Origin: a virus
IMG/VR virus record: IMGVR_UViG_3300035703_000058
Span: 1 to 64,000 of that record
Direction: 5' to 3' (one strand)
Length of the DNA stretch: 64,000 bases
This document shows, piece by piece, positions 56,029 through 64,000 of the stretch. Position numbers and translations under genes: made by a program. The notes below the pieces were generated by a model. The model had not been told where the DNA came from and ran no database searches. It saw nothing but the letters and a program-made list of their open reading frames with translations. Within the stretch, counting starts at the first letter, position 1. Every line of letters starts with the position of its first letter.

Positions 56029-57053
56029 GACAGCCACGCCAGGATGCGGTCGCGGCGGTCGGCCAGATGTGCCCGCAGCGCCCCCGCACACTGCTCGTCC
56101 GCGGCGTCCATGGTCGCCACCGGGGCGGCGTCGGTCACCGTGAAGGGCGCCGCCGGTTCGAGCTGCCAGGCGCCCCGCACGCGCACCGACAGGGCACCGA
56201 AGTTCTCCCGGGCCACACCGCCCACACGGGCGCCTGAGCGAATCCAGTCCGCGATCGCCAGCAGCAGCGTCCACAGCTCCACCTCGGTGGCGTTCACCAG
56301 CCGGACCTCGCCGATCAGCGGCACCCCCGCGGAGATCGCCTCGTAGGCGTAGGGCATGGACTCGTTGGCCCGGCGGCGCTCCACCGCGCCCACCTTGCCC
56401 CCACCGGCCCGCCGCTCGGCCAGCACACCTGCGTGGACGGCCTGCACCCGCTCGTCCACCGCGAGCAGGAGCGCGGCCGTGGAAGAGCTGGCGAGATCAT
56501 GGCGATATCGCTGTTCGGTGTGGGTGGCCTGCGCAAGCGCAACGGGGCCGCGCCGATCTGCAAACACCGGCTCGGCGCGCCCGTCGATGGTCGCCACCGC
56601 CGGCTGCAGCCCCGCCGCGACGGCCTCCTGTGCCCACACCGCGAGCCCCGCCACCTGCACGGCGCCGCGGTTGGGTGTGCCGGCGTCCATCGACCCGAAC
56701 ACGCCCAGCAGGGGGCAATTCTGCCGCAGCTCCCACTGCTCCAGGGCGTTGTACCCGCCGACGTCGCCCTTCTCGTAGCGCCCGCCCTTCAGCAGCAGGC
56801 GCAGCCGGTCCCGGCCCAACTGCTCGATGCCCAACTCGGCGAGGTAGCGGGCGACGGCGTGCTCGCGCAGCGTCGCCTTGAGCGCCGCCCCGGACAGCAT
56901 CGGCACCAACAACTCCCGGTAGTCGCCGAGCGTGTCATCCCACACCACCATGCGCTGCCGGCGCAGCACCTGCTCGTTGCCCTCGGTGCTCTCGCCGTGC
57001 GCGAGCGGGGCGAGGGTGACGGCGGTGAGGTGAAACACGTAGGAGGCGATCAT
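56025..57053 (-). CDS. csf2: Csf2 (Cas7-like backbone RAMP), type IV
   Basis: TLAPLAHG, VPMLSG..LK..LR, L.KGG, PLLGVFG, M.Y.YE.I..G, VGG....FG. Confidence 0.85.
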   Translation of the reverse strand: MIASYVFHLTAVTLAPLAHGESTEGNEQVLRRQRMVVWDDTLGDYRELLVPMLSGAALKATLREHAVARYLAELGIEQLGRDRLRLLLKGGRYEKGDVGGYNALEQWELRQNCPLLGVFGSMDAGTPNRGAVQVAGLAVWAQEAVAAGLQPAVATIDGRAEPVFADRRGPVALAQATHTEQRYRHDLASSSTAALLLAVDERVQAVHAGVLAERRAGGGKVGAVERRRANESMPYAYEAISAGVPLIGEVRLVNATEVELWTLLLAIADWIRSGARVGGVARENFGALSVRVRGAWQLEPAAPFTVTDAAPVATMDAADEQCAGALRAHLADRRDRILAWLS

Positions 57054-57580
57054 GCGGACTCTCCGGGCGGTGTGGAAACCAAAAGGGCCGGCCTGGAAAG
57101 GTTTCCGGGCTGGCCGGCAAGCGAATCCGGGGCCGCGGCAAGATCGCGCACCAGCTCGCGGGCGACGTTGGCGAGGGTCAACGCGACGGGCAGCGTGGTG
57201 CCGCCAAGCAGGGCAGCGACGTGGCGGCCCGGCTGGGCGTCGGCGGCGCGCACCCACAGCGTCTCGTCATCGCTGAGCCAGCGCCCACCCCGCATGCCCA
57301 GCTTCTCCCCGAGCTTGACGGCCAACTCGTGCAGGCTTCTCGGGCTGGTTCGGGCGACGGCGCGCACCCGGGCCTCAAAGGCGTCGCGGTTCTCGTGATG
57401 CGGCTTGGACCGCCGCAACACCGCGTCGGCGGCGAAGGCGCGGCTCCAGGCCAACGCGAGCACCACGGTCAACTCGGCGCCACCCATGCGGCGCTCCCGC
57501 GCGTCGAAGCCAAGCGCGGGGTTGTCGGCGATGGGGCCGATGTCGCCCACGGCGACCGCGTAGAGGTCAAGGTGACGCAT
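57050..57580 (-). CDS. cas11: Cas11-like small subunit, type IV-B
   Basis: Helical ~176 aa protein between csf1 and csf2 (assigned by position). Confidence 0.55.
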   Translation of the reverse strand: MRHLDLYAVAVGDIGPIADNPALGFDARERRMGGAELTVVLALAWSRAFAADAVLRRSKPHHENRDAFEARVRAVARTSPRSLHELAVKLGEKLGMRGGRWLSDDETLWVRAADAQPGRHVAALLGGTTLPVALTLANVARELVRDLAAAPDSLAGQPGNLSRPALLVSTPPGESA

Positions 57581-58565
57581 CGCGGCCTCGCAGTTCGCCG
57601 ACAGGGCGGCGCAGATAGAGGGCGAGGTCCAGCAACGGGCGGTGCCGATGCTTGGCGATCGTGGGCCCATGCTGGGCGATCAGCGGCAGCGCCTCTGCCC
57701 CGCCGCTGTAGGCGCCGCTGACGAGGGCCTCTTCGCGCACCCCCGCCAGCAACAGGGCCTCGATGGCTTCGATCAGCCGCGCGAGTGTCGGCGCCCTGTA
57801 GGTGATGCTCTGCCCGGCGAACCAGACGACCCGCGGCGCGCCCGGCCGCCACTGCTCGGGCATCGCGAAAAGCGCGCAATGCTTCTTCTCGACGCTCAGC
57901 ACGTTGGCGCCGAGGTGGCCGCCGTCGAGGTCGTCGCGCAGCAGGTGGCGACGCATCGCGGGCTTCTCGGCGTCGGTCATCGGGCGCCAGCGCGGCATGC
58001 CGTTCGGGTCGGGCAACGTGACGTGGTGCCAGACGAAGAACCGCTGCTCCAGCCCCGGAGCGAGGCGGTCGGCCGGGTAGGCGCCGACGTAGCGGACGGG
58101 GCCAACGTCGCCGGGCGCGACGCGCTGGCGGTCGAGCTGTGCGGCCCACGCATCCTCCGCGCTCTTCGGCGTCGCGGGCGTCCACAGCCCGATCGTGCCG
58201 TCCGCAAGCTCCAGCACGAGGCGCTTCTGTGCGGGCGCGCCGTCGATGCAGACCTCGGTGCGCCGGTTGCCCCGCCAGGCCAACGTGGCACGCTCCCGCA
58301 GACGCTCGGCCGCGAGCGACCCGGGCAACGCAAAGCCACTCGCCAGCGTCCACCCACAGGCGGCGCACAGGTGGGTCGCGTGGCCAGCCCGGGCGAAGTC
58401 ACGGGCCGGAAACGTGTCGGGCAGCAACCGCAGCGGCCACCCCTCGCCGGACGCATTCACCCCACACCACCAGCAGGGACCGGTGTAGGCGGTAAAATCG
58501 GGATGTGTGGGGCGGCCTGCGGCCTCCCACAGCACCCATGTCGCGCTCGGCATCATGTAGGCCAT
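57567..58565 (-). CDS. csf1: Csf1 (Cas8-like large subunit), type IV
   Basis: N-terminal CWWCG...CAAC zinc motif; KKH motif; heads the csf cluster. Confidence 0.7.
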   Translation of the reverse strand: MAYMMPSATWVLWEAAGRPTHPDFTAYTGPCWWCGVNASGEGWPLRLLPDTFPARDFARAGHATHLCAACGWTLASGFALPGSLAAERLRERATLAWRGNRRTEVCIDGAPAQKRLVLELADGTIGLWTPATPKSAEDAWAAQLDRQRVAPGDVGPVRYVGAYPADRLAPGLEQRFFVWHHVTLPDPNGMPRWRPMTDAEKPAMRRHLLRDDLDGGHLGANVLSVEKKHCALFAMPEQWRPGAPRVVWFAGQSITYRAPTLARLIEAIEALLLAGVREEALVSGAYSGGAEALPLIAQHGPTIAKHRHRPLLDLALYLRRPVGELRGRDASP

Positions 58566-58596
58566 GTACCCCAACGGGCCACAACGCGCAACCCTG

Positions 58597-58947
58597 CTAC
58601 TCGGCGACCGACACCGCCCCCGCCAGCCACGGCCCAAGCGGCGGCGGCAGCTTCGCCGCGTACAGCGCCAGCACCGCGGCGTCCACCACCTCGTCGTGGC
58701 CGGCATCGCGCAGCCCACGCCCCAGCCCGGCGAGCGCCACCACCAACAGGGACAACAGATCCAGGTTAGCCCGCGCCGCAGACGCCAACAGGCGCCCGAT
58801 CGGGGTGTCGTCGAGCGTCATCCCGTAGACGACATCGGCGATGACGATGGCGTCGCGGGGGTCGTCGGGATCGTGGGGACCCAGCTCGGGCTGGGTCGCG
58901 CCAGGGCAACCGTGGATCAGGTCGGTCAACTCGCACAGGTCGTACAT
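58597..58947 (-). CDS. hypothetical protein, first gene of the csf operon
   Basis: GAGG RBS; ORF MYDLCEL... Confidence 0.5.
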   Translation of the reverse strand: MYDLCELTDLIHGCPGATQPELGPHDPDDPRDAIVIADVVYGMTLDDTPIGRLLASAARANLDLLSLLVVALAGLGRGLRDAGHDEVVDAAVLALYAAKLPPPLGPWLAGAVSVAE

Positions 58948-59163
58948 CGGCACCTCGTCTGGTACATGGCGCGAGCAGGCGAAGTGTGAATCTTTTTCTG
59001 CATGTTGGCGCGTTGGTTAGCTCGGCCATCGGACCGGTTGTACACTTCGCCAACGTTCGGCCTTTCCGCGTGGGGCCGTGAATGGCGCCGACCCCCGGTG
59101 CGTCTACGCGCGACTTGCCACCAAAGGCTGTCCGGCGTAGAGTGGCGGTCAAAAGGAGTCCCC

Positions 59164-59727
59164 ATGCTCACACTCGCTCTTCTCGCCCTGCTCGGATGCG
59201 CCCCCACCTGCAACGAGGTGGAGGGGGCGATCTGTGCGGACGACGTTCAGGCGCTGCAGGAGCGTATGGACCAGCTCGAAGCCGCTGGCGCCACCTACGC
59301 CTGGTTCGACCAGGACGGCGTCCAGGTGACCGATGGGCCGGAGCTGGTGTGGTTTGACGAGGCGGGGGTGCTTTGGCAGGTGGACGCCGATCGAGGCATC
59401 CCCGACGCCTACGCCACCGAATACGACGTGGCGGGAACGGTCTTCCACATGACCGAGGACTGCTCGGACCCCGGCTACTACGGCGGGTTGGCCTCGCCCA
59501 AGGTGGCCTTCTACAACGGGGACGCCCGCGACGATTACCCGGTCTACGTGCGCGATGCGTCACCCGACGAGATTTACGCCCGGGCCGTGGCTTACGAGGC
59601 CGATAGCGGCGAGTGCCGCGAGGGCGGGCCGAATCGTGACCAGCACCTGGTTCCGACGACCGAGCTGCACGAGATTGCCCGACCCGATGTGGTGTGGCCA
59701 GCCCCGCTCTACCCGAAGACCTTGTAG
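59164..59727 (+). CDS. putative lipoprotein
   Basis: AAGGAG RBS; MLTLALLALLGC lipobox-like start; acidic mature part. Confidence 0.65.
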   Translation: MLTLALLALLGCAPTCNEVEGAICADDVQALQERMDQLEAAGATYAWFDQDGVQVTDGPELVWFDEAGVLWQVDADRGIPDAYATEYDVAGTVFHMTEDCSDPGYYGGLASPKVAFYNGDARDDYPVYVRDASPDEIYARAVAYEADSGECREGGPNRDQHLVPTTELHEIARPDVVWPAPLYPKTL

Positions 59728-59733
59728 CGGGGA

Positions 59734-60942
59734 CTACATTCCAGGCGCCTGGATGTGGCCCTCGGTGTACTCGACCGTCACGTCGGCTACCTTGCAGCCA
59801 CCGCCGGTCTTGTCCAGTATCAAACGCCAAAAGTAGTAGTACGTACTCGGATCCAGCGTTTGACTGATGGCCCCGGAATCAAACAACGTCCAGGCGCCCG
59901 TGGTTGCGAATTCGGTGGCCTCGGTGTAGTTGAGTAGCACGCCCTCCGCACCTGCTCCGTTTCTGGCCACCCTCACAAATTCCAAGCTGAGCTGGTCACC
60001 CGCGGCGTTGCGGTTGTAGCGCAACTTGATCTGGGTGATGGCCCGCCTCGCACCCGCATTGATCGCCGTAGTGGTGTTCACCGGCAGCACCAACGGCCGG
60101 ATGAGCGGCACATAGGTGCCGTCGGTGGGCTCCACATACGGAGGTGTCGCGCCCACGAACATCGTCAGCGTGCCATAGGCGCCTGACCCATCCTGGATCA
60201 TGCTCACCCACCCACCCGCATAGGGCGAGATATCCAGCTCAAAGGTCTGTACGCTGGAGTAACGGACGAAGGTGTTGTCGACCGCGTACGGCTCCAAGGT
60301 CACACCCTCGTTGGCGGTCAGGAGTCCCGCCGCCGTGAGGGCCGCCTGCACGTTCACGCTGCCATCCACGTCCAGGTTCGCCACCCCCGCCCCGGTGTTC
60401 CGCACGTAGAGGGTCTGGTTGGAGCCGCTGCTGACCTCGAAGGCCCAGGCCGCCGACGCCGCCAGCGTAGACCGCCACACGCCGCCGACCAGCTCCAGCT
60501 CCACCCGCGTCGCCGAGCCGATGGCGTCAACCTGCAGGATGACCGCCTCGGCGAGCGAGGCACCAACCCCGATCGTCGCGGTGTTGTCGCTGGCCCGCCC
60601 GGCGTCTCGGAACTCCAGCCGCCCGCCCTGACCGGCCCCGGTGCCCTCGCCGCGGATGACGACGGAGTCGCACACGATGTCCTCATGCGACCCGTCGGCG
60701 ATGGCGCCGCCGAAGGCGTCGGTGGTGTTGGCGGTGTAGTGCTCTTCGGCGAAGGGGGTGCCAGCCTCGTTGGTGAGCCACTCCAGATACTCCCCGATCT
60801 CGTAGAGCGCGCGGTTGAGTTGCGAGGCCGTCAGCAGGTCGTAGCTGGCGTAGCCGTCCAGCCGGAGCTGGTTGGGCAGCACGGTGGAGGCGGGTGGCGA
60901 CGTGGTGGCCCACTGGAAGACGGAAAAGGCGGGGATGGCCAC
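59734..60942 (-). CDS. tail fibre / receptor-binding protein
   Basis: WA...GY...A..LN N-terminus after the wedge genes; beta-rich C-terminus. Confidence 0.65.
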   Translation of the reverse strand: MAIPAFSVFQWATTSPPASTVLPNQLRLDGYASYDLLTASQLNRALYEIGEYLEWLTNEAGTPFAEEHYTANTTDAFGGAIADGSHEDIVCDSVVIRGEGTGAGQGGRLEFRDAGRASDNTATIGVGASLAEAVILQVDAIGSATRVELELVGGVWRSTLAASAAWAFEVSSGSNQTLYVRNTGAGVANLDVDGSVNVQAALTAAGLLTANEGVTLEPYAVDNTFVRYSSVQTFELDISPYAGGWVSMIQDGSGAYGTLTMFVGATPPYVEPTDGTYVPLIRPLVLPVNTTTAINAGARRAITQIKLRYNRNAAGDQLSLEFVRVARNGAGAEGVLLNYTEATEFATTGAWTLFDSGAISQTLDPSTYYYFWRLILDKTGGGCKVADVTVEYTEGHIQAPGM

Positions 60943-60950
60943 GGGGGCTC

Positions 60951-61538
60951 CTACGGGTAGAGTTGGCGGGAGAGGGCGCCCGCGCCGAACCCGGCGGGGG
61001 TGGCGTTGGCGGGGGACTCGAAGCCGACCGGGCTGGCGGTGTACTCGACCAGCAGCATGGTCACCCCGGCGGGCTTGATGGCGACCATGAAGCGCATCAC
61101 CCGGCCCAGCAGGGCGTCGGCCAGCGGGGTGGAGCGCCCGAAGTACAACCGAAACCCGGCGGCGAACATGTCGTAGTGGACCGCCACGCAGGGCGCGGCG
61201 ATCAGCTCCAGGATGGCCAGCAGCTCGTCCGGTGTGCCGTTGCACTTCCTGGCGAGCAGACGCGCGGCGATGAAGCGCCGGTAGTCGGCGTCGTCCAGCC
61301 CTTCGCGGCGCTCGCCGACGATGGACCCGAGCAGGTCCAGGTCCGCGTCGTTGGCGGTGTCAAGCCCGAGCGCCAGGGCCCGGGCGGCGATCTCGTCCTC
61401 CAGCACCTGACAGCCGTGGGCGAGCGCGCGGACGAACGCCTCCAGGCGCGGCTTGCCATACAGGCCGGCGGGCAGGTTGTTGACGGCGGCGTCGCCGATG
61501 AGGAGGTTGTGTACCAGCTCGTAGGTGTCGGAGGCCAT
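60951..61538 (-). CDS. baseplate wedge protein (DUF2612-like)
   Basis: LDTA....LDLLG.IVG..R.GL.DADYR; PAGV. Confidence 0.8.
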   Translation of the reverse strand: MASDTYELVHNLLIGDAAVNNLPAGLYGKPRLEAFVRALAHGCQVLEDEIAARALALGLDTANDADLDLLGSIVGERREGLDDADYRRFIAARLLARKCNGTPDELLAILELIAAPCVAVHYDMFAAGFRLYFGRSTPLADALLGRVMRFMVAIKPAGVTMLLVEYTASPVGFESPANATPAGFGAGALSRQLYP

Positions 61539-62725
61539 CAGGTCGTGACGCTCGCGGTGCCGTTGAGGGTGCAGCGCTCGTAGAGGTTCGGGGTGACGAC
61601 GGCGGCGCCGTTGAGGGTGATGGCGCTGACGCGGCGGACGCCGGTCACCCGCATGATGGCGGTGTCGTCTTCGTCGTCGTTGCGACCGGCCTTGAGGTCG
61701 TCGTCGGTGATCTCCTCACCGATGGCGGCATCGGCGAAGTAGGCGGCCACGGCGTCTTTGACGGCTTGCGAGACGTCGGCCAGCACGTAGCCGGTGTCCA
61801 GCACCACCGTGACGGCGACCGTCACCGACAGATCGGCGACGTCATCCCACCGAACTGTTTTCGTCAGCCCATCGCCGCCCGTGATGGTGACGACGTTGTC
61901 GCTCCCGTTGGTCTTGATGCCCGCGGCCAGCCGCTCATAGACGGTCTCGGCGATCTCTTCCTTCTGCGCCGTCGTGAGGTCGGCGCCGGGCGGATCGAGG
62001 ATGATGGCGATGGACTGTGGGTCAAGGTTGACGCCGCCGGTCGTCACCGAGGCGGCGGTGTCGTTCTCGATGACGATGGCCGTGTCGATGTAGTCGAGGT
62101 CGGTCAACGCGGCCCGGATGGCGTTCGTTGAGCCCGACCCGGCGAACTGCAGCGAGGCCGCCTGTCGCAGCCGGTAGGCGCTGTCCGTCTCCAGGGCGCG
62201 GCCCGCGGTGGCGGCGGCCGCGTTGGACACCGCGGTCCAGCCGGAGACCGGCGTCACGATGGTGTCGATCTCGGTGGCGAGCGCGGCCACCGCCCCGGCT
62301 TCGACGGCCTGCACGGTCGCCGACACGGTGCCCCCGCCGCCGATGGTGGCGTCGTCGGTCAGCGCCCACCGGGCCGCGCCGTCGGTGCCGCCGCCCTCAA
62401 CAATCTTGCCCTGTGGGATGACGGTGCCGGCGGTGCCGGTGAGGGTAACGGTCGCCGTCGAGTGGGTGGCCTGGTTGCGGGCGATGCCACGAAGGGCGCC
62501 GATGCCGTCGAGCTGCGTACCCTGCGCGGAGTCGGGGTCAAGCTGGTCGTTGAGCGACTGCAGGGCTTCGCCAAGGTTGCCCAGCTCGTTGGCGAGCACC
62601 GCGAAGAGCACATCGAGCAGATCGCCGCGCCCGACCTCCACGGTGCCGCCGTTGGCGTCGGCGGCGAAGGCGGAGCGCATTGCGGTGTCGAAGTCGGTCG
62701 CGCGGGGCGCGGAGTAGCTGGCCAT
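61538..62725 (-). CDS. baseplate J/gp47-like protein
   Basis: DPDSA.G.QLD; GTAGTVIP; GR..ETD..YR.R. Confidence 0.9.
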   Translation of the reverse strand: MASYSAPRATDFDTAMRSAFAADANGGTVEVGRGDLLDVLFAVLANELGNLGEALQSLNDQLDPDSAQGTQLDGIGALRGIARNQATHSTATVTLTGTAGTVIPQGKIVEGGGTDGAARWALTDDATIGGGGTVSATVQAVEAGAVAALATEIDTIVTPVSGWTAVSNAAAATAGRALETDSAYRLRQAASLQFAGSGSTNAIRAALTDLDYIDTAIVIENDTAASVTTGGVNLDPQSIAIILDPPGADLTTAQKEEIAETVYERLAAGIKTNGSDNVVTITGGDGLTKTVRWDDVADLSVTVAVTVVLDTGYVLADVSQAVKDAVAAYFADAAIGEEITDDDLKAGRNDDEDDTAIMRVTGVRRVSAITLNGAAVVTPNLYERCTLNGTASVTT

Positions 62726-62731
62726 GGTGTC

Positions 62732-63157
62732 CTATGGCGCCGTGGGCGCCACCACGATGGCGCGCGGGCGAATGGTGATGGCGGGGTAGGTGTTGCCGCC
62801 GACCGCCGTGGGCGTCGCGACGATCTCCAGGTGCGTGCCGTCGGCGGTGACGGCGTTGCCGGTCACGGTGAGCAGGCCGGTGGTGCGGTTGAGGCTGCCG
62901 GTCCAGTCGGAGACGCTGACGACGCCGACGGTCTCCCGGACTTCGCGGCGGACCCGGGCCACGATGGCGTCCACGGCGACCGGCTTCGTGGTGAGCCAGA
63001 CCACGTACGGGAGGCCCTTCGTGGCGTCGCGCAGGCCCTCACCGAGATGGGTCGTGAGCCGGATGTAGACGCGCTGCGCGACCAGCTCGGCGCCGACGTG
63101 GGGCCGGCCATACAGCGGCAGATCGCCATCGGTGTCCAGCGCAAGGTCAATCGGCAT
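62732..63157 (-). CDS. gp25-like baseplate / sheath initiator
   Basis: DL.LD..GDL; QR..IRL....GE..D...GLPY. Confidence 0.75.
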   Translation of the reverse strand: MPIDLALDTDGDLPLYGRPHVGAELVAQRVYIRLTTHLGEGLRDATKGLPYVVWLTTKPVAVDAIVARVRREVRETVGVVSVSDWTGSLNRTTGLLTVTGNAVTADGTHLEIVATPTAVGGNTYPAITIRPRAIVVAPTAP

Positions 63158-63160
63158 GGT

Positions 63161-63198
63161 GGGGGGCTATCGCGCCTCGCGGCCCGCGATAGCCCCCC
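63161..63198. promoter_or_regulatory. perfect 14-bp inverted repeat, likely back-to-back late promoters
   Basis: GGGGGGCTATCGCG-N10-CGCGATAGCCCCCC between divergent structural genes. Confidence 0.6.
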
Positions 63199-63217
63199 GG
63201 CAGACCCGGAGCAGCGC

Positions 63218-64000
63218 GTGGCCTCGCTACCCCAGAACGTGAACATCATCGGTGAGCTGTCAGCGTGCCGCCGGCCATCGTGGACCCGGCTGGTGACGAC
63301 GGCTATCACGTCGGCGCCCGATGCCGCCGACGATGGCGTCAGCCTCGCCGACGCCGCGAGCCCGGCGTCGCGCATCATGATCTGCCTACGTGAAGACGTG
63401 TGGCGCCGCACCGCCCGGGTGACGGTGACGACCCGTGACGCCGCGACCAACTACACGGTCACCGTCAACGGCACCGCCATCGCCACCACCACCGGCGCCT
63501 TCGCCACCAACGACGCCATCCTCGTTGAGCTGAAGGCGAAGATCGCCGCCGATGCGACCGTGGGCGGCGCTGCGGCCACGCCGATCGTCACCAGCTACCT
63601 CGTCGACAGCAACGGATCGACCACCGTGGGCACCGCCGGGGGCGGCAACGCCGCGGTGGCGCTCATCGTCATCGGGCTGGCACAGACCGACTACTCGATC
63701 GCCGTCTCGGCGGGCGGCACCGGCGTGCTCGCCTGCAAAGCGGATCCGCTGACCGCCACTGCCTACATCTACGTGACCGCCGATGGCGTCGCCAACGGCG
63801 CCACCACGAACAAGCCCGCTACGACGGATTGGGCGCTCATCGACGATGGGTCGAAGTCGGTCACCTACCGCGGGTTGGCCCTGAACCTCAACACGGGCGG
63901 CTGGGAACGCCTGCATGTCGAGCTGGGCTCCATCGCCGGACACGCCAGCGACGGCGGCTCCGTCACCTACACCGACACCAACTCCCCCCAGGTCTTCATC
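63218..64000 (+). CDS. probable virion structural protein (partial, runs off the window)
   Basis: GGAG RBS and GTG start; open 261 codons with strong GC3; Thr/Ala/Gly-rich; absent from the ORF track. Confidence 0.65.
   Translation, partial: MASLPQNVNIIGELSACRRPSWTRLVTTAITSAPDAADDGVSLADAASPASRIMICLREDVWRRTARVTVTTRDAATNYTVTVNGTAIATTTGAFATNDAILVELKAKIAADATVGGAAATPIVTSYLVDSNGSTTVGTAGGGNAAVALIVIGLAQTDYSIAVSAGGTGVLACKADPLTATAYIYVTADGVANGATTNKPATTDWALIDDGSKSVTYRGLALNLNTGGWERLHVELGSIAGHASDGGSVTYTDTNSPQVFI

Noticed and set aside
50767-59200. CRISPR array near the csf genes
   Set aside because: No repeat-spacer series found by eye here or elsewhere in the window; one could lie outside it
63161-63198. 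Inverted repeat as a terminator or IS end
   Set aside because: No U-tract, lies between divergent starts, and each arm matches the late-promoter motif
1-64000. Many long overlapping ORFs in the track (for example 13221-14861+, 38684-39988-, 46534-48033+)
   Set aside because: Shadow frames of high-GC genes; Arg/Pro/Gly-rich or antisense, without motifs
1-64000. Lysis cassette and host assignment
   Set aside because: No endolysin or holin recognised, and no host genes are present, so the host cannot be named from this window

Overview
High-GC temperate myovirus-type phage genome segment with no recognisable host genes; neither genome end is in the window. The left arm (1-21 kb, minus strand) holds accessory and early genes: a Mom-like DNA modifier, a candidate intact attP, tyrosine integrase and excisionase, DUF5131, two tandem sigma-70-like factors, a DEDDh exonuclease, a Cas4/RecB-like nuclease, an RDF-like protein and a nucleotidyltransferase. 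A repressor/Cro switch at about 21.2-21.9 kb precedes a plus-strand arm: RecU, three DNA methyltransferases, an initiator with iteron-like repeats, DnaB, a third sigma factor, terminase, head genes and contractile-tail genes up to the spike. After a tRNA(CAT) comes the most striking element, a tightly coupled minus-strand operon of about 8 kb. It encodes an array-less type IV-B-like Cas effector (csf1-cas11-csf2-csf3) followed by a methyltransferase, a degenerate SNF2-like protein, IbrA, IbrB, a CysH-like protein and an HTH protein, and it ends exactly on the tRNA 3' end. The baseplate wedge and fibre genes follow, on the strand opposite the other tail genes. Other highlights are a portal fused to a 2H phosphoesterase (Acb1-like) bounded by putative protease sites, a recurrent late-promoter motif CGCGATAGCC, and a -1 frameshift in the tail chaperone. 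All family assignments come from motif recognition by eye; no database searches were run.
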